Shown here: one piece after another, positions 28,916 to 39,201 of the stretch
How positions within the stretch are numbered: position 1 is the first letter of the stretch
Layout: every line of letters starts with the position of its first letter
Assembly: GCA_012800315.1 (NCBI GenBank)
Contig: JAAZJO010000004.1
Coordinates: forward strand, 1 to 63,189
DNA: 63,189 bases
Direction: 5' to 3'
Origin: Candidatus Falkowbacteria bacterium
Lineage (GTDB): Bacteria > Patescibacteriota > Patescibacteriia > Patescibacteriales > UBA12465
Notes under the pieces: model-generated
Told to the model about the DNA's origin: nothing
Database searches by the model: none
Seen by the model: the letters and a program-made list of their open reading frames with translations, nothing else
Program-made: the position numbers and the translations under genes

Positions 28916-28954
28916 AGTTTATGGCTGAGTAGGGTTTAATATAAATAGATTTAT

Positions 28955-29659
28955 ATGGTTTCCATAATAATACCGGTTTATAATCAAGCCGATAAAATAA
29001 AAAAAACTTTAGAGAGTATTGCTAAACAAAGTTATCAAAATTATGAGGTAATTATTGTTAATGATGGTTCTAAGGATAATCTTGAAGAAGTTTGTGCGGC
29101 ATATCTTAAAAAATTAGAAACCAATAATCGTTATTTATTTTTGAATCAAGCTAGTAATCAAGGGGCACCAGCAGCTCGCAATCGCGGTTTTCAGGAATCT
29201 CGGGGTGAATATTTATTATTTTGTGATGCTGATGCTGTTTTAGATCCCCAAGCTTTAGAATATATGATTGCTTATTTAGATAGCAATCCAAGCGCTAGTT
29301 ATGCTTATTCTTCTTTTTTGTGGGGCAAAAAGATGTTTAAGTTAACTAATTTTGATCCAGATAAATTAAGACGTCAGCCGTATATTCACACCATGTCATT
29401 GATTAAAAGAGCAGATTATCCAGCAAGTGGTTGGGACGAAAATATTAAAAAATTTCAAGATTGGGATTTGTGGCTGACAATGCTTGCCGAAGGGAAAATA
29501 GGTGTTTTTATTCCCCAGGTTTTATTTAAAATTGCTCCAGGTGGAACAATTAGCTCTTGGTTGCCCTCATTTGTTTATAAGCTCTTTCCTTTTTTGCCAG
29601 CGGTTAAAAAATATAAAGAGGCGATGCGGGTAATAAAAAATAAACATGGCTTGTCTTAA
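28955..29659 (+). CDS. Glycosyltransferase family 2
   Basis: VSIIIPVYN, IVNDGSKD, GAPAARNRG, FCDAD, FQDWDLW. Confidence 0.92.
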   Translation: MVSIIIPVYNQADKIKKTLESIAKQSYQNYEVIIVNDGSKDNLEEVCAAYLKKLETNNRYLFLNQASNQGAPAARNRGFQESRGEYLLFCDADAVLDPQALEYMIAYLDSNPSASYAYSSFLWGKKMFKLTNFDPDKLRRQPYIHTMSLIKRADYPASGWDENIKKFQDWDLWLTMLAEGKIGVFIPQVLFKIAPGGTISSWLPSFVYKLFPFLPAVKKYKEAMRVIKNKHGLS

Positions 29660-30119
29660 AATTAAAAAAGAATATTGCTTAGTAGCTGCTTTATTTTTAA
29701 TGTTAATTTTTTTTGTATTTTTTAATAAAATTAGTGAGCTAAATATTGTTGAGCTTAAATATCAGGATATTGAAATAAAAGGGAAGAAAATTATCAGTGA
29801 AGTTGTTTCTGAGCCAGTGGAACAATATAGAGGTTTAAGTTTTAGGGAAGATTTATGTGCTAATTGCGGAATGTTATTTGTTTTTCCAGATAAAGAAGAA
29901 AGACAATTTGTCATGCGAAATATGAATTTTCCTTTAGACATTCTTTTTATTGATGATGATAAAATTATTAACATTGCGGCTGATTTACCACCAGAAGGCT
30001 CGGAGCCGGTAAATATTTATGTTAGCGGAGCAGCTGTTAATTATGTTTTAGAATTGCCAGCCGGGTTTTGTCGGGAAAATGAAATTGTTGTTGGTGATAC
30101 GGTTAAAATTAATAATTAA
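29646..30119 (+). CDS. DUF192 family protein
   Basis: RGLSFRE..GMLFVF..MRNMNFPLDILFID..YVLELPAG. Confidence 0.88.
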   Translation: MACLKIKKEYCLVAALFLMLIFFVFFNKISELNIVELKYQDIEIKGKKIISEVVSEPVEQYRGLSFREDLCANCGMLFVFPDKEERQFVMRNMNFPLDILFIDDDKIINIAADLPPEGSEPVNIYVSGAAVNYVLELPAGFCRENEIVVGDTVKINN

Positions 30120-30121
30120 TT

Positions 30122-31624
30122 ATGTTTAAATCAAAAAAAATTCGTAATTTATTTTTTCTTTTGGCGGCTTTTATAGCAATAGACATCTTGTCTTACTTAG
30201 CTTTAGTCTTTCCTAATTTGAACCAAGTGATTTTTATTGTTTTAGTTTTATTATGTTTAGGTTTAAGCATTTATCGTTTAGAACTGGGTTTATTAATGGT
30301 TTTAGCAGAGCTTTTTATCGGTTCAATGGGGCACATGTTTGTTTTTTCTCTTGGCACTTATAACTTACCGATTCGCATTGCTTTATGGGCGGTGGTGATG
30401 GCTGTTTTTGTTTTTCGTTTTGTCTGGCAATTAATAAAAGAGAAAAAAGAAGGTCAGTATCTTAAAAAAATAAAAAATTTTTCATTATTAAAGTATTTTA
30501 TTTTTTTAGCGATATTCATTGGCATTGGCTTAATTAATGCTTTTTTACGAAAACATTCTCTAGATTTAATTTTTAACGATTTTAATTCTTATTTATATTG
30601 GCTTTTGCTTTTTCCGGCAATAGTTGTTTATAGTCGTGGTGAATCAGAGACGGAAGATAAGAAGACTTTTAATAATCTGAAACTAGTTTTTTTAGCAGCG
30701 GCAATTTTTTTAAGTTTAAAAACGTTATTTTTAATTTATGTTTTTACTCATAGCTTAAGTTTTTCTCCCGAAGTATATACTTGGCTAAGAAAAACTTTGG
30801 TTGGAGAAATGACTCCCACTCTTTCTGGTTGGCCACGTGTCTTTATTCAAGGACAAATATTTTCTGGGGTGGCTTTATTTTTAGTTTTTGGGCAAAGTTT
30901 AAAAACAAAAAAAGAAGCTTATGGTCAGCAAATTGCTCTCATGGTGTTGGCAGCTTTATTTATTAGTTCAATTTTAATTAGTTTCTCGCGTAGTTTTTGG
31001 CTTGGTTTGGCGGTGGCGGTTGTTTTTAGTTTTATTGTTGTTTGGCGCTTTTTTTCTCTTAAGAAAGCAATTATCTCAATGTTGTGGCTTTTAATGAGTG
31101 TATTAATGGCCTTTTTTATTATTTATTTTGTTTCTATTATTCCGTATCCTAGCAAAGGAGAATTTAACGCCGATTTTATTGAGCGTGTTAGTGGAAATAA
31201 AGATGAGCCAGCCTTAGCTTCACGTTGGTCTCTTTTGCCAGTGCTTTTAAAGGAGATAAAAAAAGAACCATTTTTAGGGCAAGGCTATGGAGCGACAGTG
31301 ACTTATTTTTCTCAAGATCCACGAATTTTACAGAATAATCCAACTGGAGAATATACAACTTATGCTTTTGAGTGGGGCTATCTTGATTTATGGTTAAAAA
31401 TTGGTTTGTTTGGATTATTAGTTTATTTAGTTTTAATTTTTTCTTTAATTAAGAGAGCTTTAATACTTGGTTCACAAAAGAATAATTTTATTTTATTGGG
31501 GTTGAGCACTGCTTTAGTTTTCTTAGCTTTAACAAATTTTTTTACCCCTTATTTAAATCATCCTCTAGGAATAGGAATTTTAATAATCGGGGCTTGTCTT
31601 ATTCAGGAAAATAGAGTATATTAA
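30122..31624 (+). CDS. O-antigen ligase (Wzy_C)-family membrane protein
   Basis: Multi-TM; ISFSRSFWLG, SRWSLL..PFLGQGYG, YLDLWLKIGLFG. Confidence 0.8.
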   Translation: MFKSKKIRNLFFLLAAFIAIDILSYLALVFPNLNQVIFIVLVLLCLGLSIYRLELGLLMVLAELFIGSMGHMFVFSLGTYNLPIRIALWAVVMAVFVFRFVWQLIKEKKEGQYLKKIKNFSLLKYFIFLAIFIGIGLINAFLRKHSLDLIFNDFNSYLYWLLLFPAIVVYSRGESETEDKKTFNNLKLVFLAAAIFLSLKTLFLIYVFTHSLSFSPEVYTWLRKTLVGEMTPTLSGWPRVFIQGQIFSGVALFLVFGQSLKTKKEAYGQQIALMVLAALFISSILISFSRSFWLGLAVAVVFSFIVVWRFFSLKKAIISMLWLLMSVLMAFFIIYFVSIIPYPSKGEFNADFIERVSGNKDEPALASRWSLLPVLLKEIKKEPFLGQGYGATVTYFSQDPRILQNNPTGEYTTYAFEWGYLDLWLKIGLFGLLVYLVLIFSLIKRALILGSQKNNFILLGLSTALVFLALTNFFTPYLNHPLGIGILIIGACLIQENRVY

Positions 31625-31655
31625 GAAGCAAATAATCTTCAAATAAAATAAAATT

Positions 31656-32114
31656 ATGAATGAACAAATCATTTCTCAAGAGGGCTATGATAAGCTAAAA
31701 GATGAATTAACTTTCTTGACGACAATTAAGCGTAAAGAAATTGCTGAAAGAATTGAGCATGCTAAAGAACTCGGCGACTTAAGTGAAAATGCTGAGTATA
31801 GCGAAGCTAAGGATGCTCAAGCCTTAAACGAAGGAAGAATTTTGGAATTAACTAATATTTTAAAAAATGTTACTATTGTCCAATACGAGGATGCTAAAGA
31901 TCAGGTTCTAATGGGTTCAAAGGTTACTGTTAAATCTGGTGATAAGGAAAAGCAATATACAATTGTTAGTTTTAATGAAGCGGATCCACTTGCGGGAAAG
32001 ATTTCCAATGAATCACCACTAGGGGTGGCTTTCTTAAATAGAAAAAAAGGAGATTCGGTGGAAGTGGAAACACCTAAAGGTGTCTTGAAATATAAAATTT
32101 TAAAGATTGAATAA
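31656..32114 (+). CDS. greA: Transcription elongation factor GreA
   Basis: GDLSENAEY..AK..Q, ISNESPLG. Confidence 0.96.
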   Translation: MNEQIISQEGYDKLKDELTFLTTIKRKEIAERIEHAKELGDLSENAEYSEAKDAQALNEGRILELTNILKNVTIVQYEDAKDQVLMGSKVTVKSGDKEKQYTIVSFNEADPLAGKISNESPLGVAFLNRKKGDSVEVETPKGVLKYKILKIE

Positions 32115-32125
32115 TAATCAATTTT

Positions 32126-33616
32126 ATGCCTGTTAATAAAGAAAAAGAAATTGAATCAGCGGCATCAGTTAGTGAGCGCGATGATCGCTTAAAAAAAATG
32201 GAGGAGCTGGTTCAGCAAGGAATAAATCCCTATCCGGCCAAAGCTAAGCGCGATTTTAGTATTGGCTCGGTTTTAGCTGATTTTGAATCTTTAGCAGATA
32301 GTCAAAAGGAATTTTATATTGTCGGGCGGTTACGCTCAAAAAGAGAACATGGTAATTTAGCATTTGCTAATTTAGAAGATGCTAGTGGCAGCATTCAATT
32401 AGCTTTTTCTAAAAAAGATATTGGAGCTGAATCTTATAAATCTTTCCTAAAATTTATTGATGTGGCTGATTTTATTGAAGTAAAAGGAAGTGTTTTTTTA
32501 ACTCATAAAGGGGAAAAGAGTGTGATGGTTAAAGAATGGAAATTACTTACTAAAGCTTTGCGCCCAATACCAGATGCTTGGTATGGCTTAAAAGATGAGG
32601 ATGAACTTTTTCGTAAACGCTATCTTGATCTATTATTAAATAAAGATTTAAGAGATCTGTTTTATAAAAAAGCTTTGTTTTGGGAAGTGACGCGTGATTT
32701 CATGAAGCGCCATGGTTTTTTTGAGGTAGAAACTCCAACTCTAGAAGTCACAACTGGCGGAGCAGAAGCTAATCCCTTTAAAACTCATCACGATGATTTT
32801 GATATTCCAGTTTATTTACGTATTTCTGTTGGTGAATTATGGCAGAAGAGATTAATGGCCGCTGGCTATGAAAAAGTATTTGAAATTGGACGTGTTTATC
32901 GCAATGAAGGTTCTAGTCCTAATCATCTTCAGGAGTTTACTAATATGGAATTTTATTGGGCTTATGCTGATTATGAAATGGGTATGAAATTAGCCCAAGA
33001 ACTATACCAAGAAATTGCTCTTAAAGTTTTTGGTAAAACAAAATTTAAAACTAGGGGGTTTGAGTATGATTTAGCTGGTGAGTGGCCAAAAATTGATTAT
33101 TGTGAAGAAGTATTAAAGCAAACTGGAATTGATGTTTTACAGACGAGCGAAAAAGAAATGAAAAAGAAATTAAAAGAGTTAGCGGTAGAATATGAAGGAG
33201 ATAATCGGGAGCGCCTCACAGATACTCTTTGGAAATATTGTCGTAAAAATATTGCCGGTCCGGTATTTTTAGTTAATCATCCTAAGCTAGTTAGTCCATT
33301 AGCTAAAGCTAAGCCAGAAAATCCGGAATTAACTGAAAGATTCCAAATTATTATTGCTGGCGCGGAAGTAGGAAATGGCTTTTCAGAATTAAATGATCCA
33401 ATTGATCAATATAATCGTTTTAAATTGCAGGAAGAGTTAATTGATCGTGGTGACAAGGAAGCCATGATGCCAGATTGGGAATTTGTGGAAATGCTTGAAC
33501 ATGGCATGCCGCCAACTTGCGGTTTTGGTTTTGGTGAGAGATTATTCGCTTTTTTAGTTGATAAGTCGGTGAGAGAAACAACTTTATTTCCATTAATGAA
33601 ACCAAAAAATAATTAA
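32126..33616 (+). CDS. lysS: Lysine--tRNA ligase (class II)
   Basis: RKRYLDL, EVETP, RVYRNEG, ERFQ..EVGNGFSELNDP, GMPPTCGFGFG. Confidence 0.95.
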   Translation: MPVNKEKEIESAASVSERDDRLKKMEELVQQGINPYPAKAKRDFSIGSVLADFESLADSQKEFYIVGRLRSKREHGNLAFANLEDASGSIQLAFSKKDIGAESYKSFLKFIDVADFIEVKGSVFLTHKGEKSVMVKEWKLLTKALRPIPDAWYGLKDEDELFRKRYLDLLLNKDLRDLFYKKALFWEVTRDFMKRHGFFEVETPTLEVTTGGAEANPFKTHHDDFDIPVYLRISVGELWQKRLMAAGYEKVFEIGRVYRNEGSSPNHLQEFTNMEFYWAYADYEMGMKLAQELYQEIALKVFGKTKFKTRGFEYDLAGEWPKIDYCEEVLKQTGIDVLQTSEKEMKKKLKELAVEYEGDNRERLTDTLWKYCRKNIAGPVFLVNHPKLVSPLAKAKPENPELTERFQIIIAGAEVGNGFSELNDPIDQYNRFKLQEELIDRGDKEAMMPDWEFVEMLEHGMPPTCGFGFGERLFAFLVDKSVRETTLFPLMKPKNN

Positions 33617-33645
33617 AAAATTAAGTTAAAATAATAATTTAAAAT

Positions 33646-34062
33646 ATGCCTGATTGTATTTTTTGTAAAATTATCAATAAAGAAACTCCATCCAAGATTA
33701 TTTATGAAAATGATTTAGTTATAGCGATTTTAGATGCTTTTCCTTCTAGTTTAGGGCATACTTTAATTATTCCTAAAAAACATTTTGTTAATATTTATGA
33801 TGTTGAAGAGGAATATTTAGTAGAAATTATTAAAGTAGCTAAAAAATTAAGCCTTGCCTATAAAGAGGTGTGGGGAATTGATAATTTACAATTAATTCAT
33901 AATGCCGGCCAAGATGCTCAACAAAAAGTTTTTCATTTTCATTTACATTTAATTCCAAGAAAGGCAGGGGATGGAATTAATTTAGCTCATGCCCAGGTTG
34001 ATGTTTCGGAAGAGAAAAAAATGGCTTTTTGGGAAAAGCTAAGAAAAGCAAATTTTTCTTAA
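33646..34062 (+). CDS. HIT family nucleotide hydrolase
   Basis: CIFCKII, GHTLIIPKKH, HFHLHLIP. Confidence 0.92.
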   Translation: MPDCIFCKIINKETPSKIIYENDLVIAILDAFPSSLGHTLIIPKKHFVNIYDVEEEYLVEIIKVAKKLSLAYKEVWGIDNLQLIHNAGQDAQQKVFHFHLHLIPRKAGDGINLAHAQVDVSEEKKMAFWEKLRKANFS

Positions 34063-34071
34063 TTATATATT

Positions 34072-34145
34072 TCGGGGATCGTCTAGTGGTAGGACACCAG
34101 GTTCTGGCCCTGGCAACCGGGGTTCAAATCCCTGTCCCCGAGCCA
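34072..34145 (+). tRNA. tRNA-Gln(CUG) with encoded CCA
   Basis: TCGGGGA/TCCCCGA acceptor stem; CCAGG-TT-CTG-GC-CCTGG; GGTTCAAATCC; G73-CCA. Confidence 0.95.
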
Positions 34146-34292
34146 AGAGAGAATTGAAATTTTGCACTAAAAGTTTTAGTGTCAAAGAAGCTAATAAATA
34201 ATTAGTATTGAAAATTAATGATGTTGCTGATTCTGTAATTAATGAATATCAAAAATAGTTGTCTATAAACCCTGCTTTTAAGTAGTAATGTT

Positions 34293-34320
34293 TAAAAACC
34301 CATTGAAAAATGGGTTTTTA
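34293..34320. terminator. Terminator-like hairpin
   Basis: TAAAAACCCATT-GAAA-AATGGGTTTTTA. Confidence 0.75.
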
Positions 34321-34379
34321 ATTGACTAAAAATAGATAAAAATGATAAGATTGTTTTAGATAAATAAATTAAAGAATAT

Positions 34380-34592
34380 ATGGTTCTGGAACAAGCTTTA
34401 ATTGAAAATCCTAATATTATATTTTTAATTGTTTTATGGGTTTTACCTTGGAGGGGGGTTGCTTTATGGAGGGCCGTTAAAAATAATAGTAAGCCCTGGT
34501 TTATTGCCTTATTAGTTATTAATACTTTAGGTATTTTAGAAATTTTATATATTTTTCTTTTTGGTAGGAAAAGAAATAAAGAGAATAATTAA
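34380..34592 (+). CDS. DUF5652 family small membrane protein
   Basis: W..PW(R/K)G.ALW(R)A..N..K.WF..L..NT.GILEI.Y pattern. Confidence 0.75.
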   Translation: MVLEQALIENPNIIFLIVLWVLPWRGVALWRAVKNNSKPWFIALLVINTLGILEILYIFLFGRKRNKENN

Positions 34593-34616
34593 AGGAGCTG
34601 ACTTATTTTTTAGATT

Positions 34617-35549
34617 ATGCTTTTAGATTTTTTATTGTTAATAGCATCTTTAGCAATTGTTATAAAAAGTGCTGATTTTACGGTGCGTTATTCTACAAAA
34701 ATAGCGGAAGGTTTTAAATTACCGAAATATATTGTTGGTTTTTTGATTGTAGCTGTTATTTCAGTTTTGCCAGAAGCGATGGTGTCTATAAATGCAGCGA
34801 TCCAAGGTGTGCCAGCTTTAGGTTTAGGCACTCTTTTTGGATCTAATGTGGCTGATTTAACTTTGGTTTTAGCTATCACTATTTTTTTAGCAAATCGTGG
34901 GTTAAAAATTGAAAACAGACTCCTGGAAAATAAATGGTTTCATATTATTGCTATTGCGATCCCTCTCTTGTTAGGTCTTAATGGTTCTTATTCTCGTTTT
35001 GAGGGCATACTTTTAATTATTACTGGCTTATCTTTTTATGCCTATATTTTACGACGTAATAAAAGCACTGTTAAAACAGAGCGTGAGCCTTTTTCGTATA
35101 AAAATTTATTTCTATTTTTACTTAGTTTAGGCGTCCTTATTTTAGGGGCTAACTTAGCTGTTCAATATGGTGCTAGTTTGGCTGAGAAGTTAAAGATTAA
35201 TCCAGTCTTTGTAGGAATGTTTATTATTGGACTGGGAACAATTTTGCCAGAATTAACTTTTTCTATTAAGGCAGTTAAACAGGATCATGATGATTTGGCC
35301 TTGGGCGATATTTTAGGAACTGTAGTTGCTGATGCCACTATTGTAGTTGGCTTGATTGCGATTATTAGTCCGTTTTCTTTCGCTCCTCAGTTAATTTATG
35401 TTACTGGATTGTTTATGTTTTTAGCTATGGTTTTATTATTTTATTTTATGAAATCTGATAAGGTTTTAAGTAAGAGGGAAGCGTTATATTTAATTTTATT
35501 TTATATATTGTTTGTTATAGCCGAATTGTTTTTTAGCGGCTTATATTAA
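34617..35549 (+). CDS. Ca2+/Na+ antiporter (YrbG/CaCA family)
   Basis: Two alpha repeats: SVLPEAMVS..GTLFGSNVAD and GTILPEL..ALGDILG. Confidence 0.85.
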   Translation: MLLDFLLLIASLAIVIKSADFTVRYSTKIAEGFKLPKYIVGFLIVAVISVLPEAMVSINAAIQGVPALGLGTLFGSNVADLTLVLAITIFLANRGLKIENRLLENKWFHIIAIAIPLLLGLNGSYSRFEGILLIITGLSFYAYILRRNKSTVKTEREPFSYKNLFLFLLSLGVLILGANLAVQYGASLAEKLKINPVFVGMFIIGLGTILPELTFSIKAVKQDHDDLALGDILGTVVADATIVVGLIAIISPFSFAPQLIYVTGLFMFLAMVLLFYFMKSDKVLSKREALYLILFYILFVIAELFFSGLY

Positions 35550-35558
35550 ATTAACATT

Positions 35559-36749
35559 ATGCAAAAAAAGTATTTAATTATTAACACGGGCAGCTCAAGT
35601 AAAAAATATTCTTTTTATTCTGGGGAAGAAAAAATTTATTCTGCTCATTTTGAAAAAGAAGATGGTGATTTTATTGTCACTGAAACAGCCGAAAAAATTG
35701 GTAAAAAGAAAACAGCTATTGATGAAAATCGTTATATTAATGCGATTAAATTTATCGTTTCTTCATTAATAGAAATAGGCTTAATTAAGTCTAAAGAAGA
35801 TATTGACTCAGTTGGTATAAGAATTGTCGCTCCGGGTGAATATTTTTTAACTAATCGTTTAATAGACGATGAATATTTAAAATTAGCTGATAGTGCTTTA
35901 GAAAAAGTACCTCTTCATTTGGGTCCAGCCTTAAGTGAAATAAAAAAAGTCCGAGAAATTTTTGGAGAAGATAAGCCAATTATCGGTGTTTCTGATAGTG
36001 CTTTTCATGCCACTATTCCTGAGCAAGCTAAATTATATGCTATTCCGATTGAAGATAGTCGTCGCTTTGGTATTCGTCGCTTTGGTTACCATGGCATTTC
36101 AGTACAATCAGTAATTGGCCGAACAGCTGGTTTGCTTGGTCGCATGCCGGAAAAGGTAATTGTTTGTCATTTAGGCGGTGGGGCTAGTATTACGGCAGTT
36201 AAAAATGGACAAAGTATTGATACTTCAATGGGCTTTACGCCTCTTGAGGGCTTGGTGATGGCTACTAGAGTTGGTGATATTGATGCTGGCACGGTTCTTT
36301 ATCTCTCAGAAAAACTTAATAAAAATCAGAAAGAACTAGAGGCTTATTTTAATAATAATTGTGGTCTACTTGGTTTATCTGGCAAGAGTGATGATATTCG
36401 TGAGTTATTAGTGAATGAAAAAAATGGTGATTTAGATTCAAAATTAGCTTTACAAATTTATGTTAATCGCATTAAGCAATATATCGGTCGCATGGCAGCT
36501 GTTTTAGGGGGAGTTGATTTGTTGATTTTTGCTGGTACAGTTGGTGAAAGATCATTTATTATGCGGGAAAGAATTTGTGATAATCTGAAATTTCTAGGTA
36601 TTGAATTAGATGAAGAAATGAATAATAAGTCAGAGGGGGTTGAGGCGGAAATAGGTAAAACTGGTGGCGGCACACAGATTCTAATTGTTAAAACTGATGA
36701 AATGGAAGAGATTGCTAAAGAAACATATCGTTTATCTAAAGATCTCTAA
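35559..36749 (+). CDS. ackA: Acetate kinase
   Basis: INTGSSSKK, DSAFH, YGFHG-type FGYHGIS, CHLGGGAS, TSMGFTPLEG, TRVGDID. Confidence 0.93.
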   Translation: MQKKYLIINTGSSSKKYSFYSGEEKIYSAHFEKEDGDFIVTETAEKIGKKKTAIDENRYINAIKFIVSSLIEIGLIKSKEDIDSVGIRIVAPGEYFLTNRLIDDEYLKLADSALEKVPLHLGPALSEIKKVREIFGEDKPIIGVSDSAFHATIPEQAKLYAIPIEDSRRFGIRRFGYHGISVQSVIGRTAGLLGRMPEKVIVCHLGGGASITAVKNGQSIDTSMGFTPLEGLVMATRVGDIDAGTVLYLSEKLNKNQKELEAYFNNNCGLLGLSGKSDDIRELLVNEKNGDLDSKLALQIYVNRIKQYIGRMAAVLGGVDLLIFAGTVGERSFIMRERICDNLKFLGIELDEEMNNKSEGVEAEIGKTGGGTQILIVKTDEMEEIAKETYRLSKDL

Positions 36750-36830
36750 TTAATCAACAACAACTATCTTGAATTACTTTCTTGATAGCCTTATACTAAA
36801 TAATGGTTTGATTTTATTTGTTCAAAAAAT

Positions 36831-37859
36831 ATGAATACAAAAATAATTGCTACTATTGGCCCAAAAACAGAGTCAAAAAATACTTTATTAAAATTACTTG
36901 ATGCTGGTGTTGATATTGTTCGGATTAATTTTTCACACGCTACTTATGAGCAGTATGAAAGAATTAAAAAAATAATTGATACTTATAATAAAAAAAGTGA
37001 AAAACAAGTAGAGATCATGTTAGATTTGCAAGGCCCACGCATTCGTGTTGGTAAAATGCCGGAAGGGGGAATTATGATGCGTGTTGATGATATTTATAAA
37101 TTTGCTTATTCAGAAAAGCCTTATAAGAAGGGCGGCATTATCCCAATTGGCGATAAAGATCTATATAAGGATATTAAAAAAGGAGAACCATTATTTTTAT
37201 GTAATGGTGCGATTGAATTAATTGTTTTAGAGGTGAAAAATAAAACTATTACTGCTAAAGTTATTAATAATGGAGTCCTGAATTCTAATAAAGGCATTAA
37301 TGTACCAGCTACTAATATTAAAAAAGGTGGTTTGACGCCAAAAGATATCGCTGATGTAAAATTTGGCATGAAAGCCGGCATGGATTATGTAGCTTTATCT
37401 TTTGTACAAACTGAAAAGGATGTTAAGCGTTTAAGAAAGATTTTAGGCGAGAAAAGTGAAGTTAAAATTATTTCTAAAATTGAACGAGCCATTGCTTTAA
37501 AAAATATTGATAAAATAATTATTGCTTCTGATGTGATTATGATTGCGCGTGGTGATTTAGGGATTGAGGTACCGATTGAAGAATTGCCGATAATTCAGAA
37601 AAACCTTATTCGTCATGCCCATTGGCATAAAAAGCCAGCTATTTTAGCGACTCAAGTAATGACTTCAATGATAAAAAATCCACACCCAACCCGAGCGGAA
37701 ATTAGTGATATCGCTAATGCGGTTTTTGATTGTGCTGATATGATTATGCTTTCTGATGAGACTGCTGTTGGTAATTATCCAATTGAGGCAGTAAAAATTT
37801 TACGAAAAGTGGCTTGTTGTGCAGAAAAACATGCTCATGAAAACTATAATGGCAATTAA
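36831..37859 (+). CDS. pyk: Pyruvate kinase, short form (A+B domains only)
   Basis: TKIIATIGP, RINFSH, DLQGPRIR, KIE, IARGDLG, TQVMTSM, PTRAEISD, MLSDETAVG. Confidence 0.93.
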   Translation: MNTKIIATIGPKTESKNTLLKLLDAGVDIVRINFSHATYEQYERIKKIIDTYNKKSEKQVEIMLDLQGPRIRVGKMPEGGIMMRVDDIYKFAYSEKPYKKGGIIPIGDKDLYKDIKKGEPLFLCNGAIELIVLEVKNKTITAKVINNGVLNSNKGINVPATNIKKGGLTPKDIADVKFGMKAGMDYVALSFVQTEKDVKRLRKILGEKSEVKIISKIERAIALKNIDKIIIASDVIMIARGDLGIEVPIEELPIIQKNLIRHAHWHKKPAILATQVMTSMIKNPHPTRAEISDIANAVFDCADMIMLSDETAVGNYPIEAVKILRKVACCAEKHAHENYNGN

Positions 37860-37873
37860 TTTTGATTAATTAT

Positions 37874-39163
37874 ATGAAAATAAAGTCAATTAAAGCTTTG
37901 CAAATTCTTGATTCTCGCGGTAATCCGACACTTTCGGCGACTGTTACTTTAGAAAATGGCGCAAGTGCTTGGGCAGCAGTACCAAGTGGAGCTTCAACTG
38001 GTAGTTATGAGGCAGTAGAATTACGTGATGGTGATAAATCTTTTTATAATGGAATGAGTGTTTTAACGGCTGTTAAAAATGTTGAGGAAAAAATTGCTCC
38101 AGTTTTAATTGGACAAGAGGCGACAAATCAAGAAAAGATTGATGAATTAATGATTAAATTGGATGGTACTGAAAATAAAGCTAATTTAGGAGCTAATGCG
38201 ATGTTGGCTGTTTCTTTGGCGGTAGCGCGTGCTGCTGCGGTTGCTTTAAAACAACCTCTTTATCAGTATTTAAGTAAATTTAACCCCTCATTTTCTGGAA
38301 AATATCAAATGCCAATACCAATGATGAATGTTTTAAATGGTGGTAAGCATGCTAATTGGGCAACTGATATTCAGGAGTATATGATTTTGCCGATAGGCGC
38401 GAAGTCTCTTGTTGAGGCAGTAAGAGTTTGCACAGAAATTTATCAAAATTTGAAAAAAGTTTTAAAAAATAAGGGTTATAATATTAGTGTTGGTGATGAG
38501 GGTGGTTTTGCGCCAGCTGTTTCATCTAACGAAGAAACTTTCGCCTTATTGACTGAAGCAGTTAAGGCGGCTGGCTATGAATTAGGCAAGGATATTATTT
38601 TTGGCATTGATGCGGCGGCAACTGAATTCTTTGATAATGGTTTCTATCATTTAAAGAAGGAGAATAAGACCATGTCAAGCGCAGAGTTAATTGCCTTTTA
38701 TCAAGAATTAAGTGAGCGTTATCCAATTTATTCTTTTGAGGATGTTTTAGCTGAAGATGATTGGGCGGGATTTAAAGCTTTTACTGAGGCTTTTGAACAG
38801 AAAGTTCAGGTAGTGGGTGATGATCTATATGTTACTAATGTTAAGAGATTAGAGCGTGGTATCGCGGAAAAGACCACTAATTCAATTTTAATTAAATTAA
38901 ACCAGATTGGCACCTTAACTGAGACGATTAAGGCTATTAACGAGGCCCAGGCTAATGGAATGACGGCAGTTATTTCTCATCGTAGTGGCGAGACTGAAGA
39001 TACTTTTATTGCTGATTTAGTGGTTGCTATGGGTACAGGGCAAATTAAAACTGGCGCACCGGCACGTAGTGAAAGAACGGCCAAATATAATCGGTTAATG
39101 GCTATTGAGAGTGAATTAGCTGGTCAATCAGAATACACACAATTTCCGTTTGCTAAAAAATAA
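37874..39163 (+). CDS. eno: Enolase
   Basis: ILDSRGNPT, VPSGASTG, GDEGGF, VVGDDL, IKLNQIG, SHRSGETED; start placed at ATG 37874. Confidence 0.97.
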   Translation: MKIKSIKALQILDSRGNPTLSATVTLENGASAWAAVPSGASTGSYEAVELRDGDKSFYNGMSVLTAVKNVEEKIAPVLIGQEATNQEKIDELMIKLDGTENKANLGANAMLAVSLAVARAAAVALKQPLYQYLSKFNPSFSGKYQMPIPMMNVLNGGKHANWATDIQEYMILPIGAKSLVEAVRVCTEIYQNLKKVLKNKGYNISVGDEGGFAPAVSSNEETFALLTEAVKAAGYELGKDIIFGIDAAATEFFDNGFYHLKKENKTMSSAELIAFYQELSERYPIYSFEDVLAEDDWAGFKAFTEAFEQKVQVVGDDLYVTNVKRLERGIAEKTTNSILIKLNQIGTLTETIKAINEAQANGMTAVISHRSGETEDTFIADLVVAMGTGQIKTGAPARSERTAKYNRLMAIESELAGQSEYTQFPFAKK

Positions 39164-39201
39164 ATTTAGATTTATAATTAAATTAATTAACATAAAATAA
39201 T

